Of a stretch of DNA of 27,685 nt, positions 27,061-27,685 are shown piece after piece (position 1 is the first letter of the stretch; each line of letters opens with the position of its first letter). A program made the position numbers and the translations under genes. The stretch covers positions 1-27,685 of IMG/VR virus record IMGVR_UViG_3300007863_000014, one strand, 5' to 3'. Origin of the DNA: a virus (Duplodnaviria > Caudoviricetes). The notes beneath the pieces were generated by a model that was given only the letters and a program-made list of their open reading frames with translations, ran no database searches and was not told the origin of the DNA.

Positions 27061-27685
27061 CTAATCATTCTCTCTACCGCTATGCTGGTGGTAAGAATCG
27101 AATGAAGAAAGATATTATCAAGATCATTCGTGATGTCAATCCTGGCATTGAATATCTTGTGTCACCCTTCTGGGGTGGTGGCAGCACTGAAATGCTGATC
27201 GCCAGTGAGGGAGTCAAGGTCCAAGGTTATGACGTGTTTCGCCCACTAGCAGATTTCTGGGAGATCGTGGTGGGCAATGGTGGTGCTGCTATCCTTGCCG
27301 ACATGGCAGAGGAGCATTTTCCACTAGTTGACAGTGATCACTACAAATCATTCCTTCCAGGATTAGATAGTGAGGACAAGTGGGAGCGAGCACTGTCATT
27401 TTACCTTGCAATCAAGGGTTCGTACTCAGGTAAGATCGGATGTTCTACTGTTCGTAGTAGAGCAGAGTTCCGATTAGTGGGTGTGAATAAACTTAGGAAT
27501 TTCCATGCTCCCAACGTGTCGTTTGCCTATGGTAGTTGCTTCGACACCATCCCAGCACATGAAAATGACTTCTTGTACCTGGACCCACCATATTATGAGA
27601 CTGTGAGTCACTACTATGGTAAAGATGGTGCTCTTCATAAGGCATTCAATCATGAACAGTTCTGTGAGACACTGAAGCAACATAA
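27039..27685 (+). CDS. D12-class (Dam-family) DNA N6-adenine methyltransferase, 3'-truncated; absent from ORF track
   Basis: My translation from ATG 27039: MAPSQKVTNHSLYRYAGGKNRM (motif X)...YLVSPFWGGGSTE (motif I)...VQGYDV...DFLYLDPPYY (motif IV)...FNHEQF. Open to the window end; overlaps the HNH gene by 22 nt. Confidence 0.93.
   Translation, partial: MAPSQKVTNHSLYRYAGGKNRMKKDIIKIIRDVNPGIEYLVSPFWGGGSTEMLIASEGVKVQGYDVFRPLADFWEIVVGNGGAAILADMAEEHFPLVDSDHYKSFLPGLDSEDKWERALSFYLAIKGSYSGKIGCSTVRSRAEFRLVGVNKLRNFHAPNVSFAYGSCFDTIPAHENDFLYLDPPYYETVSHYYGKDGALHKAFNHEQFCETLKQH

Noticed and set aside
474-27683. The many short alternate-frame and minus-strand ORFs in the track (e.g. 5173-5538, 14984-15451, 24782-25351, 27474-27683)
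   Set aside because: They overlap long motif-bearing + strand genes, have no motifs of their own, and are expected shadows of biased codon usage.
1-27685. GATC avoidance; tRNA, rRNA or intein features
   Set aside because: GATC is plentiful. There is no intergenic room or recognisable structure for RNA genes, and I saw no intein splice motifs.

Overview
All credible genes are on the + strand and tightly coupled (TAATG/ATGA/TGATG junctions). The window looks like the tail-fibre/adhesin region of a T4-like marine cyanomyovirus; that assignment is inferred from protein style, TAAATA late-promoter cores and a hairpin + TGnTATAAT early element. In order it holds: the 3' 8.65 kb of a giant fibre protein that starts before the window; two tail-collar proteins; three paralogous adhesin-like proteins with different N-termini and a shared C-terminus; two mini-ORFs; a 1917-aa repeat-stalk/collar protein; a tail-assembly-chaperone-like protein; a hypothetical protein; then a terminator/promoter and a coupled SF2 helicase, HNH nuclease and D12-class adenine methyltransferase (the last is missing from the ORF track and runs off the end). 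Three observations stand out. (1) The three adhesins and a 58-aa mini-protein each end with the first half of a repeat domain whose second half starts the 1917-aa stalk, suggesting interchangeable tips docked by fold complementation. (2) The tetramer class YGCR is nearly absent, except in one adhesin gene. (3) The helicase-HNH-MTase module may be a phage-encoded restriction-modification-like system. All alignments and counts were done by eye.
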